DNA of 37,346 nucleotides, taken from contig JAEOTS010000081.1 of assembly GCA_016839745.1 (NCBI GenBank), positions 1 to 37,346 on the forward strand. Reading direction: 5' to 3'. The translations under genes were made by a program, and so were the position numbers. Under the pieces are notes generated by a model, which was not told the origin of the DNA, did not search any database, and was given only the letters and a program-made list of their open reading frames with translations. This document shows, one piece after another, positions 17,531 to 28,900 of this stretch. Positions within the stretch are counted from its first letter, which is position 1, and each line of letters begins with the position of its first letter. This DNA is from Promethearchaeota archaeon (lineage in GTDB: Archaea > Asgardarchaeota > Lokiarchaeia > Sigyniarchaeales > SOKP01).

Positions 17531-18373
17531 TTAATTTAGAATCAATACTTCGTTTATTAAACCCCTCTTCTGGGAATTACTATTTATATTTCGTTTAGCT
17601 CTCAATGTAACAATTTTAAAATCTTTATATAAATCTAATACGAATTCGGAATAGGAATTACTCAGCATTAAATTGCACCCTCTTCTATCAAGTTCCTTAA
17701 ACACCTCAAATAATTTTATCTGGGAAGGTTTATCAAAAATATCTTTTGTATAACTTGTAAATAAAGCAGTGTCAGAAAGTGGAAAATAAGGTGGATCTAG
17801 GTAAATAAAATCACCCTTTTCGGCAAAATCTAAACAAACTTCGAAAGAACCTAAATATATTTTAACGTTTTTTAAAACTTGACTTACTTTTCTTAAATTT
17901 TCCTCGTCGCATATTTTTGGATTTTTATGCCTTCCAAAGGGCACATTAAAGAAACCTTTACTATTGACGCGATATAGGCCGTTATATCCACTTTTGTTTA
18001 AATAAATTGATCGCGAAGCTTTCTCAATATCTGATAATTCTGCGTATTTATTTTGATCCCGGTCGAGAGCTCGAATTTTATAATAATAATCCTTTTCGTA
18101 TCTATGTTTCTTTAAAGATTTTATCAAACCCTCTACATTTTCTTTTATAACATTATAGCAATTTACTAAATCGGGATTATTATCTGATATAATTGAATTT
18201 TCGGGAAGTAAATAGAAAAAAACGGCTCCACCACCAATAAAAGGCTCAATATATTTATTATAATTTTTAGGAAAAAATTTATCCATTTGAGAAATAAGTT
18301 GCCTTTTACCTCCAGCCCACTTTAAAAAAGGATGTGGTTGAGTATTTTGAGTCAAATTTCTAATGAAGATCAA
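17531..18373 (-). CDS. dam: Dam-family (D12 class) N6-adenine DNA methyltransferase
   Basis: LKWAGGK, YIEPFIGGGAVF, GYNGLYRVNSKGFFNVPFG, catalytic YLDPPY. Confidence 0.92.
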   Translation of the reverse strand: MIFIRNLTQNTQPHPFLKWAGGKRQLISQMDKFFPKNYNKYIEPFIGGGAVFFYLLPENSIISDNNPDLVNCYNVIKENVEGLIKSLKKHRYEKDYYYKIRALDRDQNKYAELSDIEKASRSIYLNKSGYNGLYRVNSKGFFNVPFGRHKNPKICDEENLRKVSQVLKNVKIYLGSFEVCLDFAEKGDFIYLDPPYFPLSDTALFTSYTKDIFDKPSQIKLFEVFKELDRRGCNLMLSNSYSEFVLDLYKDFKIVTLRAKRNINSNSQKRGLINEVLILN

Positions 18374-18481
18374 AATATTTTTTGTACTGTTTATACTATA
18401 TAAAAATATAGATTAAAAATTAACAATTACTATAACCATAAATAAAATATATTTAGAACCATTATTCCAGTAGATTTTAAG

Positions 18482-19423
18482 ATGATAGATAAACAAAAAT
18501 TTGAGGAACTGTTTAACAAACGACTTATCAAGGATATTTCTGAGGAACAAATTGATATTGTTTTATCAGGACAATATGGTAAAGCTTTAGAATTGCTTAG
18601 AGACGCAGAAGCAACGGGATTATTCCCTGCTCTTGTTGGACCGCCCGGAGTAGGAAAGACAATTCTATGCCGATATTTTGCTAGGTTAAGAGCTAAGGAA
18701 AACAAAAATAAAAATTTTAATTGGTTAACAATGGATGAATCTATAAAACCTAGCCACTTCATAGGCAGTTTCGACCCGGCTATTACATTGAAAAAAGGTT
18801 TTGTATTAGAAGCTTTTAATCCCGGACCTCTTTTGAGAGCAATGTTGGAAGGTGGAACATTTTTAGCAAATGAAATAAATCGAGCTACGGAATACTCGCA
18901 AAATACATTATTAGAACCTTTAGAGGAAGCATCAATTAGCATCCCTCATTTAGGTAGAATTAAGGCTGATAAAGATTTCTTTTTTATTTCTGCCATGAAT
19001 CCGGAAGAACTTTCAGGAACTCATAGGTTGTCTGAGGCATTAAAAGATAGAATAAAAGTTTGGATAAAATTATCTTATCCAGATAAAGCAACCGAGCTTG
19101 ATATAATAAGAATAAATTTACCAGAACATTTCATTATAGAAGAATCTGAATTAGAATTGATTTATTCAATTATTAATGAAACGAGAAAGAATAAAATAGA
19201 CATTGAAATACCTGCCTCTATTAGAGCCGGTATAGCGATTGCTAAACTATTAGCTCGCAGAAAAACTTTAGAAAAAAAAGGAGAATTAAAAGAAAAGACA
19301 ACAATCAATGAATATCTTTCACAAGTTACCCAGAATGTGTTACTAGGTAGCATCAAACCAAAACCGGGCGCAAAAGTTGAAAACATCATTGACAGTATTA
19401 TCCATAAAACATTAGGTGCCTAG
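18482..19423 (+). CDS. MoxR-family AAA+ ATPase
   Basis: Walker A GPPGVGKT, PGPLLRAM, Walker B variant FLANEINRA, AMNPEE, Arg finger LSEALKDR. Confidence 0.9.
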   Translation: MIDKQKFEELFNKRLIKDISEEQIDIVLSGQYGKALELLRDAEATGLFPALVGPPGVGKTILCRYFARLRAKENKNKNFNWLTMDESIKPSHFIGSFDPAITLKKGFVLEAFNPGPLLRAMLEGGTFLANEINRATEYSQNTLLEPLEEASISIPHLGRIKADKDFFFISAMNPEELSGTHRLSEALKDRIKVWIKLSYPDKATELDIIRINLPEHFIIEESELELIYSIINETRKNKIDIEIPASIRAGIAIAKLLARRKTLEKKGELKEKTTINEYLSQVTQNVLLGSIKPKPGAKVENIIDSIIHKTLGA

Positions 19424-19441
19424 GAGGTAAAGAGTAATTTT

Positions 19442-21943
19442 ATGGGAGTTTTTCCAGAAAATCCATGTGAATTTGCTGTAGATTTCATTCGAAAAATGCG
19501 AAGACATCGCGAAATTGTGCAAATCCCATCTTCACGTCAAGTCTTATCCATTCCTAAATTAATTTTATCGAGATATTATCGTAAGGGGTTGGTTAACCCC
19601 AACGATTATATTGAGATTAGCACTGTTACTTCCTTCCCTGACAATCAAGAGTTAGCGAAAGATATTGCTTTTCAGATTCTGTTTCCAAATTACAAAAAAG
19701 ATATCATGGATTCCTTTTTTAATGGTGATGATTATGGTGAAGGCGATTCTGCTGAAGACCTTCTAGGAACCGATATTCAATCAGAATTGGACAAACTTCA
19801 AGAAATGATTGATGAAATTGAGATGACTAAATCAATAGATACTGAAAAAATCCAAAAATTAGAAGAATTTCTTAATGAGTTAAACTCTAAACGTGATGAA
19901 GATCCATATAAGTCTGCATTACAATTTTTTAACGACGACTCAGAATTATACAAAGAAGAAATAACCTCCTTAGAAGATTTGATTCAAGAAGCGCAAAGAA
20001 GGTTAGAACAGAAAATCAACTCCCTGAATCCCGAAGATTTAAAAGCAGGCTCGAACTTAGGTTTAAACGATTTAATTCAGCAAAAATCATTAAGAGAATG
20101 GGAAAAACTAGCAAGCAAAGCACTGAATAATCAAAATATTGCTGAAGATTTATCTAAATTAATTAATTCCGATAAACTAGATGATCTTTTAAAATCTATT
20201 AAATTTATCGATGAGACTTCGGATAATCAAAGTGTAAAAGACCAAATCCAAAATGCAAAAAATCAACTAAAAAATCAACTTAAAAATTTAGACCAGCTAT
20301 TTAACGCTGCGAAAACTTTAGGTGAACTTCCTAAGTTTGATCTAGATAACATTTTAAATAACTCTTTACAACAATCTTCTTTCGAACATAATTTTAGTTT
20401 AGCAGATTCATTAGATCAATATTTTGGTACCAATCTAAGAGAAAAATTGCTTAATAGCCTTGATCAGCAATCGTCAAATTCTCAGATGAATCTATCGTTA
20501 GAGAGTTTGACAAAAAATGCATTTGCTAATAAATCTTGGAACGATCTATTTAACCAAGCTCTTGAGAATGCAATTAATGAAGCCAGTAATGAAAATATAA
20601 AATTTGAAGCGTTTAAATCGTTATCTCATCAAATACAACAGTTAATGAATAGTTGTCCTAATATGCACTGTGGCCAAAAAATATCCCAAAAATTACCTGA
20701 TTTAATCTCAAAAACTCTAGAGGCTTGTGAAACTGCTGATCAATTAAAAAACGCAACAGAATTCCTTAGAAAGATCGGATTGGATCCTGATTCTGAAGAT
20801 ATTAAAAGGATTGGGAAAAATTTAGAAATGTCCGAAGAAGAAATATACGAGTTAATTGAACCCAACTATCAATTGCTAAAAAAAATGGTTGAAAAAAATA
20901 TTGCCGATTTTCAACGAGTAAGTAATTTAATGGAACAGTTACGCGATCAGTTAAATAGAGAAAGAATTAAAGAACTCCTAAGCAGTGCTTTCGCTAACGA
21001 CAACAGAGATGCTTTAGGAGCTCTTGGTCATTTTGATTTGGCTGAAGCTTTGAAAGGAGCTCAACAAATTGGAGGAAAAGAGGGACAGGATAAAGTAATA
21101 TCTTGTTTATCTGCTGGAAGTGGCGAAAATCTCCTTAGACAATGGTTTATCCATAGGTCAACTTTACCAGAAAAAGTAAAAATAAAAGTGAAAGAATTAG
21201 CAAAGAAAATGCTAATTGATTTAGGTATTTATTACTCAAGAGCTCGCTTAGGAAGCGCAACAACAGGAACTATACCTATCAATGTAGTAAGGCCATACAC
21301 TATAGGAGACGATTTTGAAAACATTGATTTAGAAGAAACTATATTCAATCTTTTAGAAAAAGGGAAAAAATTAGATCATATAAATTACGATGATTTTTAT
21401 GTTTACGAGACCGCGAAGGGATTACGTTCATTTTGCTTTGAACTTGACATTAGTGGCTCAATGACGGGTGAAAAGCTTGCGTATATGGCTATTTGTGTGA
21501 CAATGTTAGTATATGGCATGCGAAAAGACGAAATAGGCGTTGCATTTTTCGAGTCAGATACACATGTATTAAAGAGATTATCTGAAAAAGTAGATATGGA
21601 AAAATTAGCAGATGAATTACTTATGGTTTCTGCCAAGGGAGGTACCCGGCTTCAAGGTGCTTTAGAATGGGCAAACAAACAATTTAAAGAAAACTCTAGC
21701 TCTCGCGAGAAATTAAATGTTCTTTTTACTGATGCAGAAATTTACGATATTCAACAAGCTAATGAAGAATTAAGGAAACTTCGTTCTTTAAATGTAGATT
21801 TCATTTTAGTCTCTCCAGAATCCTCCTTTAATTTAAAAGAAGCGGAAAAAATGGTAAAAATAGCAGGAGGACAACTTTTGACAATTAAAGATTGGAATGA
21901 ATTTCCAAAATTAATGTCAGAGATTATAAACTCGAGATTTTAA
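19442..21943 (+). CDS. VWA (MIDAS) domain protein, MoxR partner
   Basis: C-terminal DISGSM, GGT and LFTD MIDAS elements; preceding RPYTIGDDFENIDLEET motif; GGAGG ribosome-binding site. Confidence 0.88.
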   Translation: MGVFPENPCEFAVDFIRKMRRHREIVQIPSSRQVLSIPKLILSRYYRKGLVNPNDYIEISTVTSFPDNQELAKDIAFQILFPNYKKDIMDSFFNGDDYGEGDSAEDLLGTDIQSELDKLQEMIDEIEMTKSIDTEKIQKLEEFLNELNSKRDEDPYKSALQFFNDDSELYKEEITSLEDLIQEAQRRLEQKINSLNPEDLKAGSNLGLNDLIQQKSLREWEKLASKALNNQNIAEDLSKLINSDKLDDLLKSIKFIDETSDNQSVKDQIQNAKNQLKNQLKNLDQLFNAAKTLGELPKFDLDNILNNSLQQSSFEHNFSLADSLDQYFGTNLREKLLNSLDQQSSNSQMNLSLESLTKNAFANKSWNDLFNQALENAINEASNENIKFEAFKSLSHQIQQLMNSCPNMHCGQKISQKLPDLISKTLEACETADQLKNATEFLRKIGLDPDSEDIKRIGKNLEMSEEEIYELIEPNYQLLKKMVEKNIADFQRVSNLMEQLRDQLNRERIKELLSSAFANDNRDALGALGHFDLAEALKGAQQIGGKEGQDKVISCLSAGSGENLLRQWFIHRSTLPEKVKIKVKELAKKMLIDLGIYYSRARLGSATTGTIPINVVRPYTIGDDFENIDLEETIFNLLEKGKKLDHINYDDFYVYETAKGLRSFCFELDISGSMTGEKLAYMAICVTMLVYGMRKDEIGVAFFESDTHVLKRLSEKVDMEKLADELLMVSAKGGTRLQGALEWANKQFKENSSSREKLNVLFTDAEIYDIQQANEELRKLRSLNVDFILVSPESSFNLKEAEKMVKIAGGQLLTIKDWNEFPKLMSEIINSRF

Positions 21944-21947
21944 AAAC

Positions 21948-24317
21948 ATGACTAAAAATTTGCTTTCAGGAATAATAATTGAAAGATATGGAAAGGAGTT
22001 ATATAAAAAATCGGTTGAATTCCCGAAAAGTAAAGTTAATATAATCTCGTTAAAAGAAGATCCAATAAAAATTAGAGCAATCATTTTAGATAATGAACGC
22101 GAATATCATTTAGTCATAAACGAAAATAAAAATGAAATTTTTCATGATTGCCCCACTTTTTTAATACACAGTGAAATTGATGACAAAATATGCATTCATC
22201 TAATAAAGCTTTTAACTATGCTTAAACCATCAATTTCTTTAAAGCTCATAGAAAATGTAAACAAGTTTTATTTAACATCTGAGGATTTTGGTTCAAAAAA
22301 GAAGAGTACGAATTTTCAAAAGCTAGCGAATACATGTATTAACAGCAATAATTGCGTTGAAGGTTTAAGTTATTTAAACAAAGCCATTATAAATCAACAA
22401 GATTGTGAGCCAATAATTGAAAGATATTTAAAAACAGCAATTGAAAATAATTTATTCATTGAATTTTTTGAATTCTTACAATCAGCATATAGTAACGAGT
22501 TAGGTACTTACATTCTCAAATACAATCATTACATAGAAAAAGGTATAAGATTATTTTTAAAATCTACTTCAAAATATACATTCTTTGAGATATTAAGAAT
22601 AATTGATTATACTGATAAATTATTAGATTTCTATGAATTTCAGAGTGAGTCATTCGTTGAATCTTTAATTACAATATTGTTAAAAATGGCTAATTCGAAG
22701 GACTTTAATGAGAGATATTTCTCGATGTATTTTATAAAAAGGAAATACGAAGCTCTTGTTAGGCTCAATTCACTTTTTAAAGATTTTATTATATCAAAGA
22801 GTTTTGAATCATTTAAAGTTGAACTTATTCACTATTTTAAAAATGAGATAGAGAACTTCAGTGTTATTGATAAATTAAAGCTAATGAAGAAGCAATTCGA
22901 AGTATTTGAAATTCCAAAAATCTCGTATTTCGATGAATATAAATCTTATAAGACCGAAATAAAGGAATTAGAAAAAAAAATATATCTTAAGAAGTTTGCA
23001 TTTCTCAGACTTCTTAAGGAAAAGTATAATATTAAAAAATCCAAAATCGATTTTAGAAAGAAAAGAAATACTTATATCGTAAATCACAATAAAGAGAATC
23101 TTGAGAATCCTGCTTACCACTATATCATAAATCATATAGGATTTTACGGACTAGATGACTCTACTATTAAGTCTTCAGAAATAGGAGTTAATTATTTAAT
23201 AATTAAAGAATTGTTTTTAGACGATTTACATAACTTTCCAGATATTTTCTATTACAAAAAACAGTTCTGGGGCGAAGATAATGATTACGAAATTAATTAT
23301 GTTGATGTTTTCTCACTAATAAGTAAACCTATAGAATATAAATACGATGTTGATCAAGGATACTCCGGTATTAAAGATCTTATGATCATTGAATGGGATT
23401 TAGCTAGTAAACCAAGGCAAGGGAGTTTAGTAAATGCTTATGGGGCACAAATTGTTATCCCAGATCAAAATACATCTCTCTATCACGATTTAAAGCCATT
23501 TGATTTGTGTTATTGCCAAAAGACACCTGTAAAAATCGAAGGAAATATCATCAAGACAATTAATGTAATCACAAAATGTTCATTCAAGGACGCTATCAGC
23601 AGTATTGAGAAAGGTATAGTATTTATCGAAGGATATTACCCCTTAGGTTTAATTAGATCTGTTCTTAGTAAAAAAATAAGCCCTTTTGAAGCGTATAAAA
23701 TGGCATTAGACAATCCTAATAAGCAATTTGTCCCAAATTATAATAAGTTTTTAATATCATTTAGAAAGTTTTTATTTAATTTCATAAATAAGGAGAAAGA
23801 GTTTATTTATGAAACACTCAAAACGAATCCTGAAAAGAACACAAATCAATTCATAATTCTATTAAATTTATCTACCGAATTAGCTGGATTAGAATTACCA
23901 TATTCTGAAATAATTAACGACCTACTATATGAAGTTAGTAGTCTGGATGAATTTCGAACAAAATTAATGAGTAGAGTTCATTCAGCCATAAAACAACTTC
24001 TCAAAGAAAGAGAAGTGGGAAGTACCATTATATTTGATCTTAAAAAGATGCGACATACTCCCTTCGTAAAATATTCTAATGAGATATTAAAAATCAGAAA
24101 AGAAGAATTTGAAGGTTCACAGGTATATAGGATTACTAAACAAGACACAAGAATATATAACATGTCAGAATTGGTTAACACTTATTATGGTAACCAGTTT
24201 TTTAAAATTCTAAACTTAAATCTAAACAAACCTATCAGTCAAGATTTCTTTAATAAGATATATAATTATAGCGCTAAACTTAATTTAAAGATAAATGTGC
24301 TTGAAGAGAAAATTTAA
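21948..24317 (+). CDS. SWIM-type zinc finger protein (HxC...CxH variant), otherwise uncharacterised
   Basis: EYHLVIN...FHDCPTF-x-KICIHL near the N-terminus; 4 bp after the VWA gene. Confidence 0.65.
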   Translation: MTKNLLSGIIIERYGKELYKKSVEFPKSKVNIISLKEDPIKIRAIILDNEREYHLVINENKNEIFHDCPTFLIHSEIDDKICIHLIKLLTMLKPSISLKLIENVNKFYLTSEDFGSKKKSTNFQKLANTCINSNNCVEGLSYLNKAIINQQDCEPIIERYLKTAIENNLFIEFFEFLQSAYSNELGTYILKYNHYIEKGIRLFLKSTSKYTFFEILRIIDYTDKLLDFYEFQSESFVESLITILLKMANSKDFNERYFSMYFIKRKYEALVRLNSLFKDFIISKSFESFKVELIHYFKNEIENFSVIDKLKLMKKQFEVFEIPKISYFDEYKSYKTEIKELEKKIYLKKFAFLRLLKEKYNIKKSKIDFRKKRNTYIVNHNKENLENPAYHYIINHIGFYGLDDSTIKSSEIGVNYLIIKELFLDDLHNFPDIFYYKKQFWGEDNDYEINYVDVFSLISKPIEYKYDVDQGYSGIKDLMIIEWDLASKPRQGSLVNAYGAQIVIPDQNTSLYHDLKPFDLCYCQKTPVKIEGNIIKTINVITKCSFKDAISSIEKGIVFIEGYYPLGLIRSVLSKKISPFEAYKMALDNPNKQFVPNYNKFLISFRKFLFNFINKEKEFIYETLKTNPEKNTNQFIILLNLSTELAGLELPYSEIINDLLYEVSSLDEFRTKLMSRVHSAIKQLLKEREVGSTIIFDLKKMRHTPFVKYSNEILKIRKEEFEGSQVYRITKQDTRIYNMSELVNTYYGNQFFKILNLNLNKPISQDFFNKIYNYSAKLNLKINVLEEKI

Positions 24318-24467
24318 ATTAATTGTAGTTCACCATATATACTATTGTGACTAAACAAGATAAATGAAAAATTAATCATCTAAATTGAAAAAAGAGATAA
24401 AGGATTGCAATATTTTTAAATTGAACATATATTTCTATTAAACATATTAATTAAAAATAACAATAGA

Positions 24468-25754
24468 ATGATGGTAAAACATCCATTACATCATCCTTCC
24501 AAGGACATTACTGAAAGTAAAGGGACGATATTAAGAGGAAAGACTATATGTATGTGTTTAACTGGTTCAGTTGCATTAGTCAACGCGCCTGTAATTGCGA
24601 GGGAATTAATGCGCTTAGGGGCTGAGGTGATTCCTTGTATGTCAAAAGCAGCTACAACTTTGATAGAACCCTCCCTAATGCACTGGGCGACAGGGAATCC
24701 TGTAATTACTAAGTTAACTGGAGCAGTTGAACATGTTTTTCTAGCGGGAGATAGACCTAATGCGAGCGGTAAAGCAGATCTAATATTAGTTTGTCCAGCG
24801 ACAGCAAATACAATATCCAAAATTGCTAATGGTATTGATGACACCCCAGTTACTACAATGGTTTCAACTGCTTTTGGTTCTTCTATACCCATCGTGATAG
24901 TTCCCGCTATGCATGAAAGCATGTATCATTCTATAATTGAAAAAAATATTTCTCTTTTGAAAGAACATGGTATTAATGTATTAGGACCACGATTATCTGA
25001 GGGAAAGGCTAAAATCTCAAAGGTGGAGGATGTAATTGATAAAGTCTTAGATTTATTAATCACAACAAAAGATCTCGAAGGCAAAAAAATCCTAATAACT
25101 GCTGGTCCAAGTCGCGAAGCGATAGATGATATAAGATATTTATCAAATAAATCGTCTGGGCGAATGGGAATCGAAATTGCTAAGGAGGCTTCAGCGAGAG
25201 GTGCTGAAGTACTCTTAGTAGCAGGTGAATGCATGGTGAAGATTCCAGACTATATTAACACTATTCATGTCGAATCAGCTGATGATTTTATTAAAACTAT
25301 CAAAGATGAGCTCTCTTATTCAAACTACGACATTTTTATATCCGCTGCTGCAATCTCTGATTACAAACCTACTGAATATGTTGAGGGAAAAATCTCCTCT
25401 GATAAAGTAGAAGAATTGAAAGTAAATATGAAATTAACCCCTAAAATATTAGGTGCAGCGCGAAGGAAAGATTATAAACTTTTTATAATTGCATTCAAAG
25501 CAGAGATTAATGTTTCTCGTTCCGAACTAATCGATCGTGCTTACAACCGACTTCTAAAATCTGAGGCAGATCTAATCGTTGCTAATGATGTGGGACGCGA
25601 AGATATTGGTTTCAATAGTAAGGATAATGAAGTATACATAATAAATAAAGAAAAGCATATAACACATATTGAAAAACATACTAAAAGATATGTAGCATCA
25701 AAAATCATTGATGTGGCTTTAGAAAATTATAGAACCAGAGAAGTTAACAAATAG
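24468..25754 (+). CDS. coaBC: Bifunctional phosphopantothenoylcysteine decarboxylase/synthetase
   Basis: TGSVA, PATANTISKIANGIDD, PAMHESM, ITAGPSRE, SNKSSGRMG, AAAISDY, FKAE, VANDV. Confidence 0.95.
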   Translation: MMVKHPLHHPSKDITESKGTILRGKTICMCLTGSVALVNAPVIARELMRLGAEVIPCMSKAATTLIEPSLMHWATGNPVITKLTGAVEHVFLAGDRPNASGKADLILVCPATANTISKIANGIDDTPVTTMVSTAFGSSIPIVIVPAMHESMYHSIIEKNISLLKEHGINVLGPRLSEGKAKISKVEDVIDKVLDLLITTKDLEGKKILITAGPSREAIDDIRYLSNKSSGRMGIEIAKEASARGAEVLLVAGECMVKIPDYINTIHVESADDFIKTIKDELSYSNYDIFISAAAISDYKPTEYVEGKISSDKVEELKVNMKLTPKILGAARRKDYKLFIIAFKAEINVSRSELIDRAYNRLLKSEADLIVANDVGREDIGFNSKDNEVYIINKEKHITHIEKHTKRYVASKIIDVALENYRTREVNK

Positions 25755-25805
25755 TCTACTACTCCTTAATAAATTTTTTCATTTAAAGAAAAGATTTAAA
25801 TAGTA

Positions 25806-25856
25806 AATCAATTTCTGTTCAAAATGATTGACCAAATACATTTTGAAAAATTGATT
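25806..25856. promoter_or_regulatory. Long inverted repeat upstream of top6B
   Basis: AATCAATTT(ctg)TTCAAAATG-N12-CATTTTGAA AAATTGATT: 18-bp stem with a 3-nt bulge. Confidence 0.5.
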
Positions 25857-25969
25857 GAATTGCGTAAGAATTAGATTATTCGTGCAATATTAATTATAAT
25901 ATCTATAAAATTAAGTATAATTAGTTAGATATCAATTTTATTATAAAAAAATAGAAAGGTGTAAGTGAA

Positions 25970-28900
25970 ATGTCCTCTGATGAAGAAGATCGAATTAAAC
26001 AAGGAACAATAGCTCAGTTTATGAGAAAGCGCACGCAATTAGTGGGTTTTGAGTTTGGGTATTGGAAACACCAGCAATATGCTTCGGAATTCCTAGATAA
26101 TGCGTTAGACGCAATAGAAGAATTCCAATGGAAAGAATTAAGTGAGGGTGATTCAAGAATTCAATTTTCTCTTGATCAAGAATTGTCTTTAGAGAATTTA
26201 TCCATCCTTCAGGAAGCAAGAAAAGATGAAGTTGATCAACCTCTAAATAATGAAGCAAAAATAGCATTAATGCAAGAAATTGGTTTAGCACCCACCGAAC
26301 CTTCTGAACCTGAGTTAGTTATTTATAAAGATAAGGAGGAAGAATCTGGAGAAATTATTGATAAAGAGGAGATTGAGGTTGAGGAAGAAGTAAAACGAAT
26401 TATTGAAGATATGAACGAAATTCTTAAGCCAGTTGAACCCATTGTTGATATTGAACCCCTTGTTATAATTCGGTTAAGAGAATCTGAAGCTGCATCCTTT
26501 TTAACATCAGAGTTATCACAAAAGAATATTATGAGTTACACTTTTGAAATGTTTGATAATGGTGTAGGTATGCACAAAGGAGATTTACGTAAGTTTGGAA
26601 AATATCTAGCTTCTTCAAAAAGCCTTGAATTGAAACAAACTCGCGGAAGTCAAGGATTTGGGGCTCCAAGTGCATTCAGTGATGCTCAAAATACAACCGG
26701 GAAACCTATTGTTGCAGTGTCAAAGTCTAAAGATTCTATCTATGCTACGGTTTCAGAATTTTTTACAACTTCAAAGAACGAAAAGAAATATTTAATTCGC
26801 CCAACTGAAGTAGATAGTCAATTCCTCCACGGGACTTATATCAAATTAAATTATTTAAATGTAAAATATGTTAGGGGTTATGTTGACACATATATTAAAG
26901 AAACTGCACTATTAAATCCCCATGTAACTTTAATATTTATTGATCCTTCTGGAAAAGAATGGATTTATAGAAGATTAGTATCAAGTTTTCCTAAACAACC
27001 AAAATATGCAAAACCACATCCATCATCAACTAATATAGGGGATTTGCAAGATCTCCTTACAAAATCAGAAAATTTAACGATTTCAGCTTTTTTACAAGAT
27101 AATTTTGTCCGAATGAGTTCAAAAACTGCTAAGGAAATTTTAACTATAGCTGAAAGAAATTTACAAGATAAATTATCCATTTTGATACTAAAAAATGGAT
27201 TTGTAAACAAATTACTGAAAAAAACTGATGTCATTAATTTCTTTAAATTCGAAAAAAGAGTTTTTGGTCGTTCGACAAAACCAAGAGATAAATTGATAAT
27301 TTACAATGTTGATTCTGAAGAGTTGAAGAATAGCTATTGGGAGGTTATGGAAAAATATAACCAATATGATAAAAGTTTAGAAAGATTGACTAAAGAAATC
27401 AAAAAACATCAAACGCGTATAGAGAAGTCTGAAACTAAAAAAGACGAAAAAAAGATTGAGAAAGACATAGAGAAAGTAATAAAAGAGATAGATAGCATTA
27501 TTAAAGAAAGAGAAAAAATCAAAAATGACTTAGATAAGACTTTTAGTGTTAATCAAGGATTAGTCGAAGCTAAAAAATTAAAAAATAGAACCGAACTCGA
27601 AGATTGGGTTAATGAGGTTCAAATTTCAAAAGTAAAACCTTCTGCATTAACAAATGAACAATTTAATGCACTTTTTCACGCTTTTAAATCTATTAAATAC
27701 ATGAATCCTCCGACGGATACGGCAATCCCGGTAGGAGATATCGTTTTAGAAAGCACTTTAATCAAGGAGATTGGACTAAAAATATCAGATAATGTTGATT
27801 ATTTCGATGATCCTACAGAAAATCTTAAGACCTCGCTTGAAATCTTGCATGATAAGATAAAAAAGGATAAAGAAAAACATAAATTATCGTTGGAGAGTGA
27901 AACCATTGAAGATGATGCTGTTGGAATCGAAGATATTAGAGTTTTTAACTCAAAAATATTAACCAGTGTTGATATTAAAGATCAATTCATAGAATCAGAT
28001 CAATTTCAACAGACTATTCAAAAAAAAATAACTTCGTCGACTGAAGTACTAATAGACTCATATCAAGAAGTATTTGAGTTTTTCACGGAAAATTATACGA
28101 AAGATGATGATTTCGTCAGCGCAGAAACAAGACCCCCAACTTCAGGCAAAGGTTTAGCTTACGTTGTTGAAGCTTCAATGGCTTATTGCAACGATCCAAA
28201 AAAACTTGATACTCCTAAGCGTTCTAGAGATGTGCTTTCACGTTTTGTGAACAGAACCCCTAAATTAAGAGATAGTGCCGATTGCGCAATAACAAAAGCT
28301 GTTCAATCAGTAAATTGGAAAAATTATAAACTAGATACTTACGATAACAATCTTCCAAAGGGTCCAATCAAACTTATAGTAAATGTTTCCGGTCCTTATG
28401 TTCATTTGATGTTTAAATCGCAATCGAAGAATGCATTAGCTGAAGACGAGGATTTACTCAAAGAAATAAAATTTTGTCTTGAGGCAATAGGAAGAAGATT
28501 ACGAGTATATCTTAACAGAAAAGCAAATATTCGAAAAAGCGAGAAGAGATCGGGTTTAATTGAAAAATATATTCCAATATTCGTTCAGAGTGCTTACAAT
28601 ATCGTTTCGCAGGGTGATGGAAAATACAAAGGTAAAATTTCAGAAAAAGAATTAGAAAAGTTAATGAAAGACGCAATTGGAGTAAAAGTACCTATTAAAA
28701 TTACAGAAAGCAAACCAAAACCAATTGTAAAAGAAGAAGCTGATAAAGATATATATAAAAAAGTTGAAGTCAAATGGGAAGAAACGAGTGAAAAAGAAGA
28801 AATTCTTCCTGAGATAGTGGAACTTGACCAAAATTTTTTAACTGAAAAAACTCTTCGGAATTGGACAATTAACGAATTAAGAGAATATTGCACAGAAAAC

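Noticed and set aside
14875-24317. Integrated element at tRNA-Ala carrying the GRE, dam and MoxR module
   Set aside because: No integrase or transposase, no duplicated tRNA 3' end seen, and no obvious composition shift; the tRNA 3' end faces scpB.
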